64,000 nt of DNA from Auanema rhodensis. Its lineage: Eukaryota; Animalia; Nematoda. Every line of letters starts with the position of its first letter. Position 1 is the stretch's first letter. A program made the position numbers and the translations under genes. The DNA lies in NCBI GenBank assembly GCA_964057225.1, contig OZ059900.1:3472001-3536000 (forward strand), written 5' to 3'. Below are positions 27,101 to 41,298 of the stretch, piece after piece. The notes under the pieces are model-generated. The model was given only the letters and a program-made list of their open reading frames with translations. It was not told where the DNA came from and made no database searches.

Positions 27101-28360
27101 GTAATGCTATTTGAGCGAAAATCAGTATTTAAACATCACTAGCGTTTAATTGATGACTTTTGTTGTCATAGACAATAAAACTATGCTTCTGATCATATAT
27201 ATGAGCGATTTAGCCAAATTAGACTCAAAACTCGGAAATTTCAAAAATTCTTTCTATTTTCGACCTTTTTTGATCAAAATAAAGATATATCAGTGCAAGC
27301 TCATAAAAATAGACTGATTTTGTTTATTGTGTGTTTGATTTTTGAATCTTAACAAATATGATCAAAATTTACGAGTATTACAGATTTTGTACCAAAAATC
27401 GGTGAGTATATGGTGTTAAAGGCATAAAAACGACCATACTTAGTGTAGTAATGCTATTTGAGCGAAAATCAGTATTTAAACATCACTAGCGTTTAATTGA
27501 TGACTTTTGTTGTCATAGACAATAAAACTATGCTTCTGATCATATATATGAGCGATTTAGCCAAATTAGACTCAAAACTCGGAAATTTCAAAAATTCTTT
27601 CTATTTTCGACCTTTTTTGATCAAAATGAATATATATCAGTGCAAGCTCATAAAAATAGACTGATTTTGTGTATTGTATGTTTGATTCTCAAATCTTAAC
27701 GAATATGATCAAAATTTACGAGTATTACAGATTTTGTACCAAAAATCGGTGAGTATATGGTGTTAAAGGCATAAAAACGACCATACATAGTGTAGTAATG
27801 CTATTTGAGCGAAATTCAGTATTTAAACATCACTAGCGTTTAATTGATGACTTTTGTTGTTATAGACATTAAAACTATGTTTTTGATCATATATATGAGC
27901 GATTTAGCCAAATTGGACTCAAAACTCGGAAATTTCAAAAATTATTTCTATTTTCGACCTTTTTTGATCAAAATGAATAAATATCAGTGCAAACTTGTAA
28001 AAATAGACTTATTTTGTGTATTATGTGTTTGATTCTCGAATCTTAACAAATATGATCAAAATTTACAAGTATTACAGATTTTGTACCAAAAATCGGTGAG
28101 TATATGGTGTTAAAGGCATAAAAACGACCATACTTAGTGTAGTAATGCTATTTGAGTGAAATTCAGTGATTTAATCATTATTAGTGTATATTTGAAGACT
28201 TTTGTTATCATAGACAGTAAAACTATGCTTTTGATCATATATATGAGCGATTTAGCCCAATTCGACTCAAAACTCGGAAAATTCAAAAATTCTTTCTATT
28301 TTCGACCTTTTTTGATGAAAATGAATATATATCAGTGTAAACTCATGAAAATAGACTGAT
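21162..28360. repeat. Block duplication with 14-monomer offset (4860 bp): about 21162-23500 vs about 26022-28360
   Basis: ORF offsets 21248/26108, 21560/26420, 22984/27844 and 23296/28156 are 4860. Shared TATATTCGAA and AAAATAAAGAT variants. Confidence 0.85.
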
Positions 28361-31300
28361 TTTGTGTATTGTGTGTTTGATTCTCAAATCTTAACAAATA
28401 TGATCAAATTTTACGAGTATTACAGATTTTGTACCAAAAATTGGTGAGTATATGGTGTTAAAGGCATAAAAACGACCATACTTAGTGTAGTAATGCTATT
28501 TGAGCGAAAATCAGTATTTAAACATCACTAGCGTTTAATTGAAGATTTTTGTTGTCATAGACAATAAAACTATGCTTCTGATCATATATATGAGCGATTT
28601 AGCCAAATTAGACTCAAAACTCGGAAATTTCAAAAATTCTTTCTATTTTCGACCTTTTTTGATCAAAATGAATAAATATCAGTGCAAACTCATAAAAATA
28701 GACTTATTTCGTGTATTATGTGTTTGTTTCTCGAATCTTAACGAATATGATCAAAATTTACAAGTATTACAGATTTTGTACCAAAAATCGGTGAGTATAT
28801 GGTGTTAAAGGCATAAAACGACCATACTTAGTGTAGTAATGCATTTGAGTGAAATTCAGTGATTTACACATTATTTGTGTATATTTGAAGACTTTTGTTA
28901 TCATAGACAGTAAAACTATGCTTTTGATCATATATATGAGCGATTTAGCCCAATTGGACTCAAAACTCGGAAAATTCAAAAATTCTTCTATTTTCGACCT
29001 TTTTTGATCAAAATGAATATATATCAGTGCAAACTCATAAAAATAGACTGATTTTGTTTATTGTGTGTTTGATTTTCAAATCTTAACGAATATGATCAAA
29101 ATTTACGAGTATTACAGATTTTGTACCAAAAATCGGTGAGTATATGGTGTTAAAGGCATAAAAACGACCATACTTAGTGTAGTAATGCTATTTGAGCGAA
29201 AATCAGTATTTAAACATCACTAGCGTTTAATTGATGACTTTTGTTGTCATAGACAATAAAACTATGCTTCTGATCATATAAATGAGCGATTTAGCCAAAT
29301 TAGACTCAAAACTCGGAAATTTCAAAAATTCTTTCTATTTTCGACCTTTTTTGATCAAAATGAATATATATCAGTGCAAGCTCATAAAAATAGACTGATT
29401 TTGTGTATTGTATGTTTGATTCTCAAATCTTAACGAATATGATCGAAATTTACGAGTATTACAGATTTTGTACCAAAAATCGGTGAGTATATGGTGTTAA
29501 AGGCATAAAAACGACCATACTTAGTGTAGTAATGCTATTTGAGCGAAATTCAGTATTTAAACATCACTAGCGTTTAATTGATGACTTTTGTTGTCATAGA
29601 CATTAAAACTATGCTTTTGATCATATAAATGAGCGATTTAGCCAAATTAGACTCAAAACTCGGAAATTTCAAAAATTCTTTCTATTTTCGACCTTTTTTG
29701 ATCAAAATGAATATATATCAGTGCAAACTCATAAAAATAGACTTATTTCGTGTATTATGTGTTTGATTCTCGAATCTTAACAAATATGATCAAAATTTAC
29801 AAGTATTACAGATTTTGTACCAAAAATCGGTGAGTATATGGTGTTAAAGGCATAAAAACGACCATACTTAGTGTAGTAATGCTATTTGAGCGAAAATCAG
29901 TATTTAAACATCACTAGCGTTTAATTGATGACTTTTGTTGTTATAAACAATAAAACTATGTTTTTGATCATATATATGAGCGATTTAGCCCAATTGGACT
30001 CAAAACTCGGAAATTTCAAAAATTCTTTCTATTTTCGACCTTTTTTGATCAAAATGAATAAATATCAGTGCAAACTCATAAAAATAGACTTATTTCGTGT
30101 ATTATGTGTTTGATTCTCGAATCTTAACGAATATGATCAAAATTTACGAGTATCACAGATTTTGTACCAAAAATCGGTGAGTATATGGTGTTAAAGGCAT
30201 AAAAACGACCATACTTAGTGTAGTAATGCTATTTGAGCGAAAATCAGTATTTAAACATCACTAGCGTTTAATTGATGACTTTTGTTGTTATAGACAATAA
30301 AATTATGTTTTTGATCACATATATGAGCGATTTAGCCCAATTGGACTCAAAACTCGGAAAATTCAAAAATTCTTTCTATTTTTGACCTTTTTTGATCAAA
30401 ATGAATATATATCAGTGCAAACTCATAAAAATAGACTGATTTTGTTTATTGTGTGTTTGATTTTCAAATCTTAACGAATATGATCAAAATTTACGAGTAT
30501 TACAGATTTTGTACCAAAAATCGGTGAGTATATGGTGTTAAAGGCATAAAAACGACCATACTTAGTGTAGTAATGCTATTTGAGCGAAATTCAGTATTTA
30601 AACATCACTAGCGTTTAATTGATGACTTTTGTTGTCATAGACATTAAAACTATGCTTTTGATCATATATATGAGCGATTTAGCCCAATTGGACTCAAAAC
30701 TCGGAAAATTCAAAAATTCTTTCTATTTTTGACCTTTTTTGATCAAAATGAATATATATCAGTGCAAACTCATAAAAATAGACTGATTTTGTTTATTGTG
30801 TGTTTGATTTTCAAATCTTAACGAATATGATCAAAATTTACGAGTATTACAGATTTTGTACCAAAAATCGGTGAGTATATGGTGTTAAAGGCATAAAAAC
30901 GACCATACTTAGTGTAGTAATGCTATTTGAGCGAAATTCAGTATTTAAACATCACTAGCGTTTAATTGATGACTTTTGTTGTCATAGACATTAAAACTAT
31001 GCTTTTGATCATATAAATGAGCGATTTAGCCAAATTAGACTCAAAACTCGGAAATTTCAAAAATTCTTTCTATTTTCGACCTTTTTTGATCAAAATGAAT
31101 ATATATCAGTGCAAACTCATAAAAATAGACTTATTTCGTGTATTATGTGTTTGATTCTCGAATCTTAACAAATATGATCAAAATTTACAAGTATTACAGA
31201 TTTTGTACCAAAAATCGGTGAGTATATGGTGTTAAAGGCATAAAAACGACCATACTTAGTGTAGTAATGCTATTTGAGCGAAAATCAGTATTTAAACATC

Positions 31301-31600
31301 ACTAGCGTTTAATTGATGACTTTTGTTGTTATAGACAATAAAACTATGTTTTTGATCATATATATGAGCGATTTAGCCCAATTGGACTCAAAACTCGGAA
31401 ATTTCAAAAATTCTTTCTATTTTCGACCTTTTTTGATCAAAATGAATAAATATCAGTGCAAACTCATAAAAATAGACTTATTTCGTGTATTATGTGTTTG
31501 ATTCTCGAATCTTAACGAATATGATCAAAATTTACGAGTATCACAGATTTTGTACCAAAAATCGGTGAGTATATGGTGTTAAAGGCATAAAAACGACCAT
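24287..31600. repeat. Partial duplication with 15-monomer offset (5205 bp)
   Basis: ORF offsets 24720/29925 and 26108/31313 are 5205. Shared rare variants GTTATAAAC and GATCACATAT. Confidence 0.7.
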
Positions 31601-34600
31601 ACTTAGTGTAGTAATGCTATTTGAGCGAAAATCAGTATTTAAACATCACTAGCGTTTAATTGATGACTTTTGTTGTTATAGACAATAAAACTATGTTTTT
31701 GATCATATATATGAGCGATTTAGCCCAATTGGACTCAAAACTCGGAAAATTCAAAAATTCTTTCTATTTTCGACCTTTTTTGATCAAAATGAATATATAT
31801 CAGTGCAAACTCATAAAAATAGACTGATTTTGTTCATTGTGTGTTTGATTTTTGAATCTTAACAAATATGATCAAAATTTACGAGTATTACAGATTTTGT
31901 ACCAAAAATCGGTGAGTATATGGTGTTAAAGGCATAAAAACGACCATACTTAGTGTAGTAATGCTATTTGAGCGAAAATCAGTATTTAAACATCACTAAC
32001 GTTTAATTGATGACTTTTGTTGTCATAGACAATAAAACTATGCTTCTGATCATATATATGAGCGATTTAGCCAAATTAGACTCAAAACTCGGAAATTTCA
32101 AAAATTCTTTCTATTTTCGACCTTTTTTGATCAAAATGAATATATTATATATCAGTGCAAGCTCATAAAAATAGACTGATTTTGTGTATTGTATGTTTGA
32201 TTCTCGAATCTTAACGAATATGATCAAAATTTACGAGTATTACAGATTTTGTACCAAAAATCGGTGAGTATATGGTGTTAAAGGCATAAAAACGACCATA
32301 CATAGTGTAGTAATGCTATTTGAGCGAAATTCAGTATTTAAACATCACTAGCGTTTAATTGATGACTTTTGTTGTTATAGACATTAAAACTATGTTTTTG
32401 ATCATATACATGTATATGAGCGATTTAGCCAAATTGGACTCAAAACTCGGAAATTTCAAAAATTATTTCTATTTTCGACCTTTTTTGATCAAAATGAATA
32501 AATATCAGTGCAAACTTGTAAAAATAGACTTATTTTGTGTATTATGTGTTTGATTCTCGAATCTTAACAAATATGATCAAAATTTACAAGTATTACAGAT
32601 TTTGTACCAAAAATCGGTGAGTATATGGTGTTAAAGGCATAAAAACGACCATACTTAGTGTAGTAATGCTATTTGAGCGAAAATCAGTATTTAAACATCA
32701 CTAGCGTTTAATTGATGACTTTTGTTGTTATAGACAATAAAACTATGTTTTTGATCATATATATGAGCGATTTAGCCCAATTGGACTCAAAACTCGGAAA
32801 TTTCAAAAATTCTTTCTATTTTCGACCTTTTTTGATGAAAATGAATATATATTAGTGTAAACTCATAAAAATAGACTGATTTTGTGTATTGTGTGTTTGA
32901 TTCTCAAATCTTAACAAATATGATCAAATTTTACGAGTATTACAGATTTTGTACCAAAAATTGGTGAGTATATGGTGTTAAAGGCATAAAAACGACCATA
33001 CTTAGTGTAGTAATGCTATTTGAGCGAAATTCAGTATTTAAACATCACTAGCGTTTAATTGATGACTTTTGTTGTCATAGACATTAAAACTATGCTTTTG
33101 ATCATATAAATGAGCGATTTAGCCAAATTAGACTCAAAACTCGGAAATTTCAAAAATTCTTTCTATTTTCGACCTTTTTTGATCAAAATGAATAAATATC
33201 AGTGCAAACTCATAAAAATAGACTGATTTTGTGTATTGTATGTTTGATTCTCGAATCTTAACGAATATGATCAAAATTTACGAGTATTACAGATTTTGTA
33301 CCAAAAATCGGTGAGTATATGGTGTTAAAGGCATAAAAACGACCATACATAGTGTAGTAATGCTATTTGAGCGAAATTCAGTATTTAAACATCACTAGCG
33401 TTTAATTGATGACTTTTGTTGTTATAGACAATAAAACTATGTTTTTGATCATATATATGAGCGATTTAGCCCAATTGGACTCAAAACTCGGAAATTTCAA
33501 AAATTCTTTCTATTTTCGACCTTTTTTGATCAAAATGAATATATATCAGTGCAAGCTCATAAAAATAGACTGATTTTGTGTATTGTATGTTTGATTCTCG
33601 AATCTTAACGAATATGATCAAAATTTACGAGTATTACAGATTTTGTACCAAAAATCGGTGAGTATATGGTGTTAAAGGCATAAAAACGACCATACATAGT
33701 GTAGTAATGCTATTTGAGCGAAATTCAGTATTTAAACATCACTAGCGTTTAATTGATGACTTTTGTTGTTATAGACATTAAAACTATGTTTTTGATCATA
33801 TATATGAGCGATTTAGCCAAATTGGACTCAAAACTCGGAAATTTCAAAAATTATTTCTATTTTCGACCTTTTTTGATCAAAATGAATAAATATCAGTGCA
33901 AACTTGTAAAAATAGACTTATTTCGTGTATTGTGTGTTTGATTCTCGAATCTCACCGAATATGATCAAAATTTACGAGTATCACAGATTTTGTACCAAAA
34001 ATCGGTGAGTATATGGTGTTAAAGGCATAAAAACGACCATACTTAGTGTAGTAATGCTATTTGAGCGAAAATCAGTATTTAAACATCACTAGCGTTTAAT
34101 TGATGACTTTTGTTGTTATAGACAATAAAACTATGTTTTTGATCATATATATGAGCGATTTAGCCCAATTGGACTCAAAACTCGGAAATTTCAAAAATTC
34201 TTTCTATTTTCGACCTTTTTTGATGAAAATGAATATATATCAGTGTAAACTCATAAAAATAGACTGATTTTGTGTATTGTGTGTTTGATTCTCAAATCTT
34301 AACAAATATGATCAAATTTTACGAGTATTACAGATTTTGTACCAAAAATTGGTGAGTATATGGTGTTAAAGGCATAAAAACGACCATACTTAGTGTAGTA
34401 ATGCTATTTGAGCGAAATTCAGTATTTAAACATCACTAGCGTTTAATTGATGACTTTTGTTGTCATAGACATTAAAACTATGCTTTTGATCATATAAATG
34501 AGCGATTTAGCCAAATTAGACTCAAAACTCGGAAATTTCAAAAATTCTTTCTATTTTCGACCTTTTTGATCAAAATGAATAAATATCAGTGCAAACTCAT

Positions 34601-35747
34601 AAAAATAGACTGATTTTGTTTATTGTGTGTTTGATTTTTGAATCTTAACAAATATGATCAAAATTTACGAGTATTACAGATTTTGTACCAAAAATCGGTG
34701 AGTATATGGTGTTAAAGGCATAAAAACGACCATACTTAGTGTAGTAATGCTATTTGAGCGAAAATCAGTATTTAAACATCACTAGCGTTTAATTGATGAC
34801 TTTTGTTGTTATAGACAATAAAACTATGTTTTTGATCATATATATGAGCGATTTAGCCCAATTGGACTCAAAACTCGGAAATTTCAAAAATTCTTTCTAT
34901 TTTCGACCTTTTTTGATCAAAATGAATATATATCAGTGCAAGCTCATAAAAATAGACTGATTTTGTGTATTGTATGTTTGATTCTCGAATCTTAACGAAT
35001 ATGATCAAAATTTACGAGTATTACAGATTTTGTACCAAAAATCGGTGAGTATATGGTGTTAAAGGCATAAAAACGACCATACATAGTGTAGTAATGCTAT
35101 TTGAGCGAAATTCAGTATTTAAACATCACTAGCGTTTAATTGATGCCTTTGTTGTTATAGACATTAAAACTATGTTTTTGATCATATATATGAGCGATTT
35201 AGCCAAATTGGACTCAAAACTCGGAAATTTCAAAAATTATTTCTATTTTCGACCTTTTTTGATCAAAAAGAATAAATATCAGTGCAAACTTGTAAAAATA
35301 GACTTATTTTGTGTATTATGTGTTTGATTCTCGAATCTTAACAAATATGATCAAAATTTACAAGTATTACAGATTTTGTACCAAAAATCGGTGAGTATAT
35401 GGTGTTAAAGGCATAAAAACGACCATACTTAGTGTAGTAATGCTATTTGAGTGAAATTCAGTGATTTAATCATTATTAGTGTATATTTGAAGACTTTTGT
35501 TATCATAGACAGTAAAACTATGCTTTTGATCATATATATGAGCGATTTAGCCCAATTCGACTCAAAACTCGGAAAATTCAAAAATTCTTTCTATTTTCGA
35601 CCTTTTTTGATGAAAATGAATATATATCAGTGTAAACTCATAAAAATAGACTGATTTTGTGTATTGTGTGTTTGATTCTCAAATCTTAACAAATATGATC
35701 AAATTTTACGAGTATTACAGATTTTGTACCAAAAATTGGTGAGTATA

Positions 35748-37827
35748 TGGTGTTAAAGGCATAAAAACGACCATACTTAGTGTAGTAATGCTATTTGAGC
35801 GAAAATCAGTATTTAAACATCACTAGCGTTTAATTGAAGATTTTTGTTGTCATAGACAATAAAACTATGCTTCTGATCATATATATGAGAGATTTAGCCA
35901 AATTAGACTCAAAACTCGGAAATTTCAAAAATTCTTTCTATTTTCGACCTTTTTTGATCAAAATGAATAAATATCAGTGCAAACTCATAAAAATAGACTT
36001 ATTTCGTGTATTATGTGTTTGTTTCTCGAATCTTAACGGATATGATCAAAATTTACAAGTATTACAGATTTTGTACCAAAAATCGGTGAGTATATGGTGT
36101 TAAAGGCATAAAAACGACCATACTTAGTGTAGTAATGCATTTGAGTGAAATTCAGTGATTTACACATTATTAGTGTATATTTGAAGACTTTTGTTATCAT
36201 AGACAGTAAAACTATGCTTTTGATCATATATATGAGCGATTTAGCCCAATTGGACTCAAAACTCGGAAAATTCAAAAATTCTTCTATTTTCGACCTTTTT
36301 TGATCAAAATGAATATATATCAGTGCAAACTCATAAAAATAGACTGATTTTGTTTATTGTGTGTTTGATTTTCAAATCTTAACGAATATGATCAAAATTT
36401 ACGAGTATTACAGATTTTGTACCAAAAATCGGTGAGTATATGGTGTTAAAGGCATAAAAACGACCATACTTAGTGTAGTAATGCTATTTGAGCGAAAATC
36501 AGTATTTAAACATCACTAGCGTTTAATTGATGACTTTTGTTGTCATAGACAGTAAAACTATGCTTTTGATCATATATATGAGCGATTTAGCCCAATTCGA
36601 CTCAAAACTCGGAAAATTCAAAAATTCTTTCTATTTTCGACCTTTTTTTAAGAAAATGAATATATATCAGTGTAAACTCATAAAAATAGACTGATTTTGT
36701 GTATTGTGTGTTTGATTCTCAAATCTTAACAAATATGATCAAATTTTACGAGTATTATAGATTTTGTACCAAAAATTGGTGAGTATATGGTGTTAAAGGC
36801 ATAAAAACGACCATACTTAGTGTAGTAATGCTATTTGAGCGAAAATCAGTATTTAAACATCACTAGCGTTTAATTGAAGATTTTTGTTGTCATAGACAAT
36901 AAAACTATGCTTCTGATCATATATATGAGCGATTTAGCCAAATTAGACTCAAAACTCGGAAATTTCAAAAATTCTTTCTATTTTCGACCTTTTTTGATCA
37001 AAATGAATAAATATCAGTGCAAACTCATAAAAATAGACTTATTTCGTGTATTATGTGTTTGTTTCTCGAATCTTAACGAATATGATCAAAATTTACAAGT
37101 ATTACAGATTTTGTACCAAAAATCGGTGAGTATATGGTGTTAAAGGCATAAAAACGACCATACTTAGTGTAGTAATGCATTTGAGTGAAATTCAGTGATT
37201 TACACATTATTAGTGTATATTTGAAGACTTTTGTTAACATAGACAGTAAAACTATGCTTTTGATCATATATATGAGCGATTTAGCCCAATTGGACTCAAA
37301 ACTCGGAAAATTCAAAAATTCTTCTATTTTCGACCTTTTTTGATCAAAATGAATATATATCAGTGCAAACTCATAAAAATAGACTGATTTTGTTTATTGT
37401 GTGTTTGATTTTCAAATCTTAACGAATATGATCAAAATTTACGAGTATTACAGATTTTGTACCAAAAATCGGTGAGTATATGGTGTTAAAGGCATAAAAA
37501 CGACCATACTTAGTGTAGTAATGCTATTTGAGCGAAAATCAGTATTTAAACATCACTAGCGTTTAATTGATGACTTTTGTTGTCATAGACAGTAAAACTA
37601 TGCTTTTGATCATATATATGAGCGATTTAGCCCAATTGGACTCAAAACTCGGAAAATTCAAAAATTCTTTCTATTTTCGACCTTTTTTGATCAAAATGAA
37701 TATATATCAGTGCAAACTCATAAAAATAGACTGATTTTGTTTATTGTGTGTTTGATTTTCAAATCTTAACGAATATGATCAAAATTTACGAGTATTACAG
37801 ATTTTGTGCCAAAAATCGGTGAGTATA
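35748..37827. repeat. Tandem trimer duplication, period 1040 bp (U-V-W x2, first W chimeric with a T-type 3' end)
   Basis: ORF offsets 35834/36874 and 36033/37073 are 1040. Confidence 0.85.
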
Positions 37828-40800
37828 TGGTGTTAAAGGCATAAAAACGACCATACTTAGTGTAGTAATGCTATTTGAGCGAAAATCAGTATTTAAACAT
37901 CACTAGCGTTTAATTGATGATTTTTGTTGTCATAGACAATAAAACTATGCTTCTGATCATGTATATGAGCGATTTAGCCAAATTAGACTCAAAACTCGGA
38001 AATTTCAAAAATTCTTTCTATTTTCGACCTTTTTTGATCAAAATGAATATATATCAGTGCAAGCTCATAAAAATAGACTGATTTTGTGTATTGTATGTTT
38101 GATTCTCAAATCTTAACGAATATGATCAAAATTTACGAGTATTACAGATTTTGTACCAAAAATCGGTGAGTATATGGTGTTAAAGGCATAAAAACGACCA
38201 TACTTAGTGTAGTAATGCTATTTGAGCGAAATTCAGTATTTAAACATCACTAGCGTTTAATTGATGACTTTTGTTGTCATAGACAATAAAACTATGCTTT
38301 TGATCATATATATGAGCGATTTAGCCAAATTAGACTCAAAACTCGGAAATTTCAAAAATTCTTTCTATTTTCGACCTTTTTTGATCAAAATGAATAAATA
38401 TCAGTGCAAACTCGTAAAAATAGACTGATTTTGTGTATTGTATGTTTGATTCACAAATCTTAACGAATATGATCAAAATTTACGAGTATTACAGATTTTG
38501 TACCAAAAATCGGTGAGTATATGGTGTTAAAGGCATAAAAACGACCATACTTAGTGTAGTAATGCTATTTGAGCGAAATTCAGTATTTAAACATCACTAG
38601 CGTTTAATTGATGACTTTTGTTGTTATAGACAATAAAACTATGTTTTTGATCATATATATGAGCGATTTAGCCAAATTGGACTCAAAACTCGGAAATTTC
38701 AAAAATTCTTTCTATTTTCGACCTTTTTTGATCAAAATGAATATATATCAGTGCAAACTCATAAAAATAGACTGATTTTGTTTATTGTGTGTTTGATTTT
38801 CAAATCTTAACGAATATGATCAAAATTTACGAGTATTACAGATTTTGTACCAAAAATCGGTGAGTATATGGTGTTAAAGGCATAAAAACGACCATACTTA
38901 GTGTAGTAATGCTATTTGAGCGAAAATCAGTATTTAAACATCACTAGCGTTTAATTGATGACTTTTGTTGTCATAGACATTAAAACTATGTTTTTGATCA
39001 TATAAATGAGCGATTTAGCCAAATTAGACTCAAAACTCGGAAATTTCAAAAATTCTTTCTATTTTCGACCTTTTTTGATCAAAATGAATATATATCAGTG
39101 CAAACTCATAAAAATAGACTTATTTTGTGTATTATGTGTTTGATTCTCGAATCTTAACAAATATGATCAAAATTTACAAGTATTACAGATTTTGTACCAA
39201 AAATCGGTGAGTATATGGTGTTAAAGGCATAAAAACGACCATACTTAGTGTAGTAATGCTATTTGAGCGAAAATCAGTATTTAAACATCACTAGCGTTTA
39301 ATTGATGACTTTTGTTGTTATAGACAATAAAACTATGTTTTTGATCATATATATGAGCGATTTAGCCCAATTGGACTCAAAACTCGGAAATTTCAAAAAT
39401 TCTTTCTATTTTCGACCTTTTTTGATGAAAATGAATATATATCAGTGTAAACTCATAAAAATAGACTGATTTTGTGTATTGTGTGTTTGATTCTCAAATC
39501 TTAACAAATATGATCAAATTTTACGAGTATTACAGATTTTGTACCAAAAATTGGTGAGTATATGGTGTTAAAGGCATAAAAACGACCATACTTAGTGTAG
39601 TAATGCTATTTGAGCGAAATTCAGTATTTAAACATCACTAGCGTTTAATTGATGACTTTTGTTGTCATAGACATTAAAACTATGCTTTTGATCATATAAA
39701 TGAGCGATTTAGCCAAATTAGACTCAAAACTCGGAAATTTCAAAAATTCTTTCTATTTTCGACCTTTTTTGATCAAAATGAATAAATATCAGTGCAAACT
39801 CATAAAAATAGACTGATTTTGTTTATTGTGTGTTTGATTTTTGAATCTTAACAAATATGATCAAAATTTACGAGTATTACAGATTTTGTACCAAAAATCG
39901 GTGAGTATATGATGTTAAAGGCATAAAAACGACCATACTTAGTGTAGTAATGCTATTTGAGCGAAAATCAGTATTTAAACATCACTAGCGTTTAATTGAT
40001 GACTTTTGTTGTTATAGACAATAAAACTATGTTTTTGATCATATATATGAGCGATTTAGCCCAATTGGACTCAAAACTCGGAAATTTCAAAAATTCTTTC
40101 TATTTTCGACCTTTTTTGATCAAAATGAATATATATCAGTGCAAGCTCATAAAAATAGACTGATTTTGTGTATTGTATGTTTGATTCTCGAATCTTAACG
40201 AATATGATCAAAATTTACGAGTATTACAGATTTTGTACCAAAAATCGGTGAGTATATGGTGTTAAAGGCATAAAAACGACCATACATAGTGTAGTAATGC
40301 TATTTGAGCGAAATTCAGTATTTAAACATCACTAGCGTTTAATTGATGACTTTTGTTGTTATAGACATTAAAACTATGTTTTTGATCATATATATGAGCG
40401 ATTTAGCCAAATTGGACTCAAAACTCGGAAATTTCAAAAATTATTTCTATTTTCGACCTTTTTTGATCAAAATGAATAAATATCAGTGCAAACTTGTAAA
40501 AATAGACTTATTTTGTGTATTATGTGTTTGATTCTCGAATCTTAACAAATATGATCAAAATTTACAAGTATTACAGATTTTGTACCAAAAATCGGTGAGT
40601 ATATGGTGTTAAAGGCATAAAAACGACCATACTTAGTGTAGTAATGCTATTTGAGTGAAATTCAGTGATTTAATCATTATTAGTGTATATTTGAAGACTT
40701 TTGTTATCATAGACAGTAAAACTATGCTTTTGATCATATATATGAGCGATTTAGCCCAATTCGACTCAAAACTCGGAAAATTCAAAAATTCTTTCTATTT

Positions 40801-41298
40801 TCGACCTTTTTTGATGAAAATGAATATATATCAGTGTAAACTCATAAAAATAGACTGATTTTGTGTATTGTGTGTTTGATTCTCAAATCTTAACAAATAT
40901 GATCAAATTTTACGAGTATTACAGATTTTGTACCAAAAATTGGTGAGTATATGGTGTTAAAGGCATAAAAACGACCATACTTAGTGTAGTAATGCTATTT
41001 GAGCGAAAATCAGTATTTAAACATCACTAGCGTTTAATTGAAGATTTTTGTTGTCATAGACAATAAAACTATGCTTCTGATCATATATATGAGCGATTTA
41101 GCCAAATTAGACTCAAAACTCGGAAATTTCAAAAATTCTTTCTATTTTCGACCTTTTTTGATCAAAATGAATAAATATCAGTGCAAACTCATAAAAATAG
41201 ACTTATTTCGTGTATTATGTGTTTGTTTCTCGAATCTTAACGAATATGATCAAAATTTACAAGTATTACAGATTTTGTACCAAAAATCGGTGAGTATA

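Noticed and set aside
28811-35150. Isolated 1-bp deletions in homopolymer runs (about 28815, 34565, 35147)
   Set aside because: These are singletons in A/T runs and cannot be distinguished from slippage or sequencing error.
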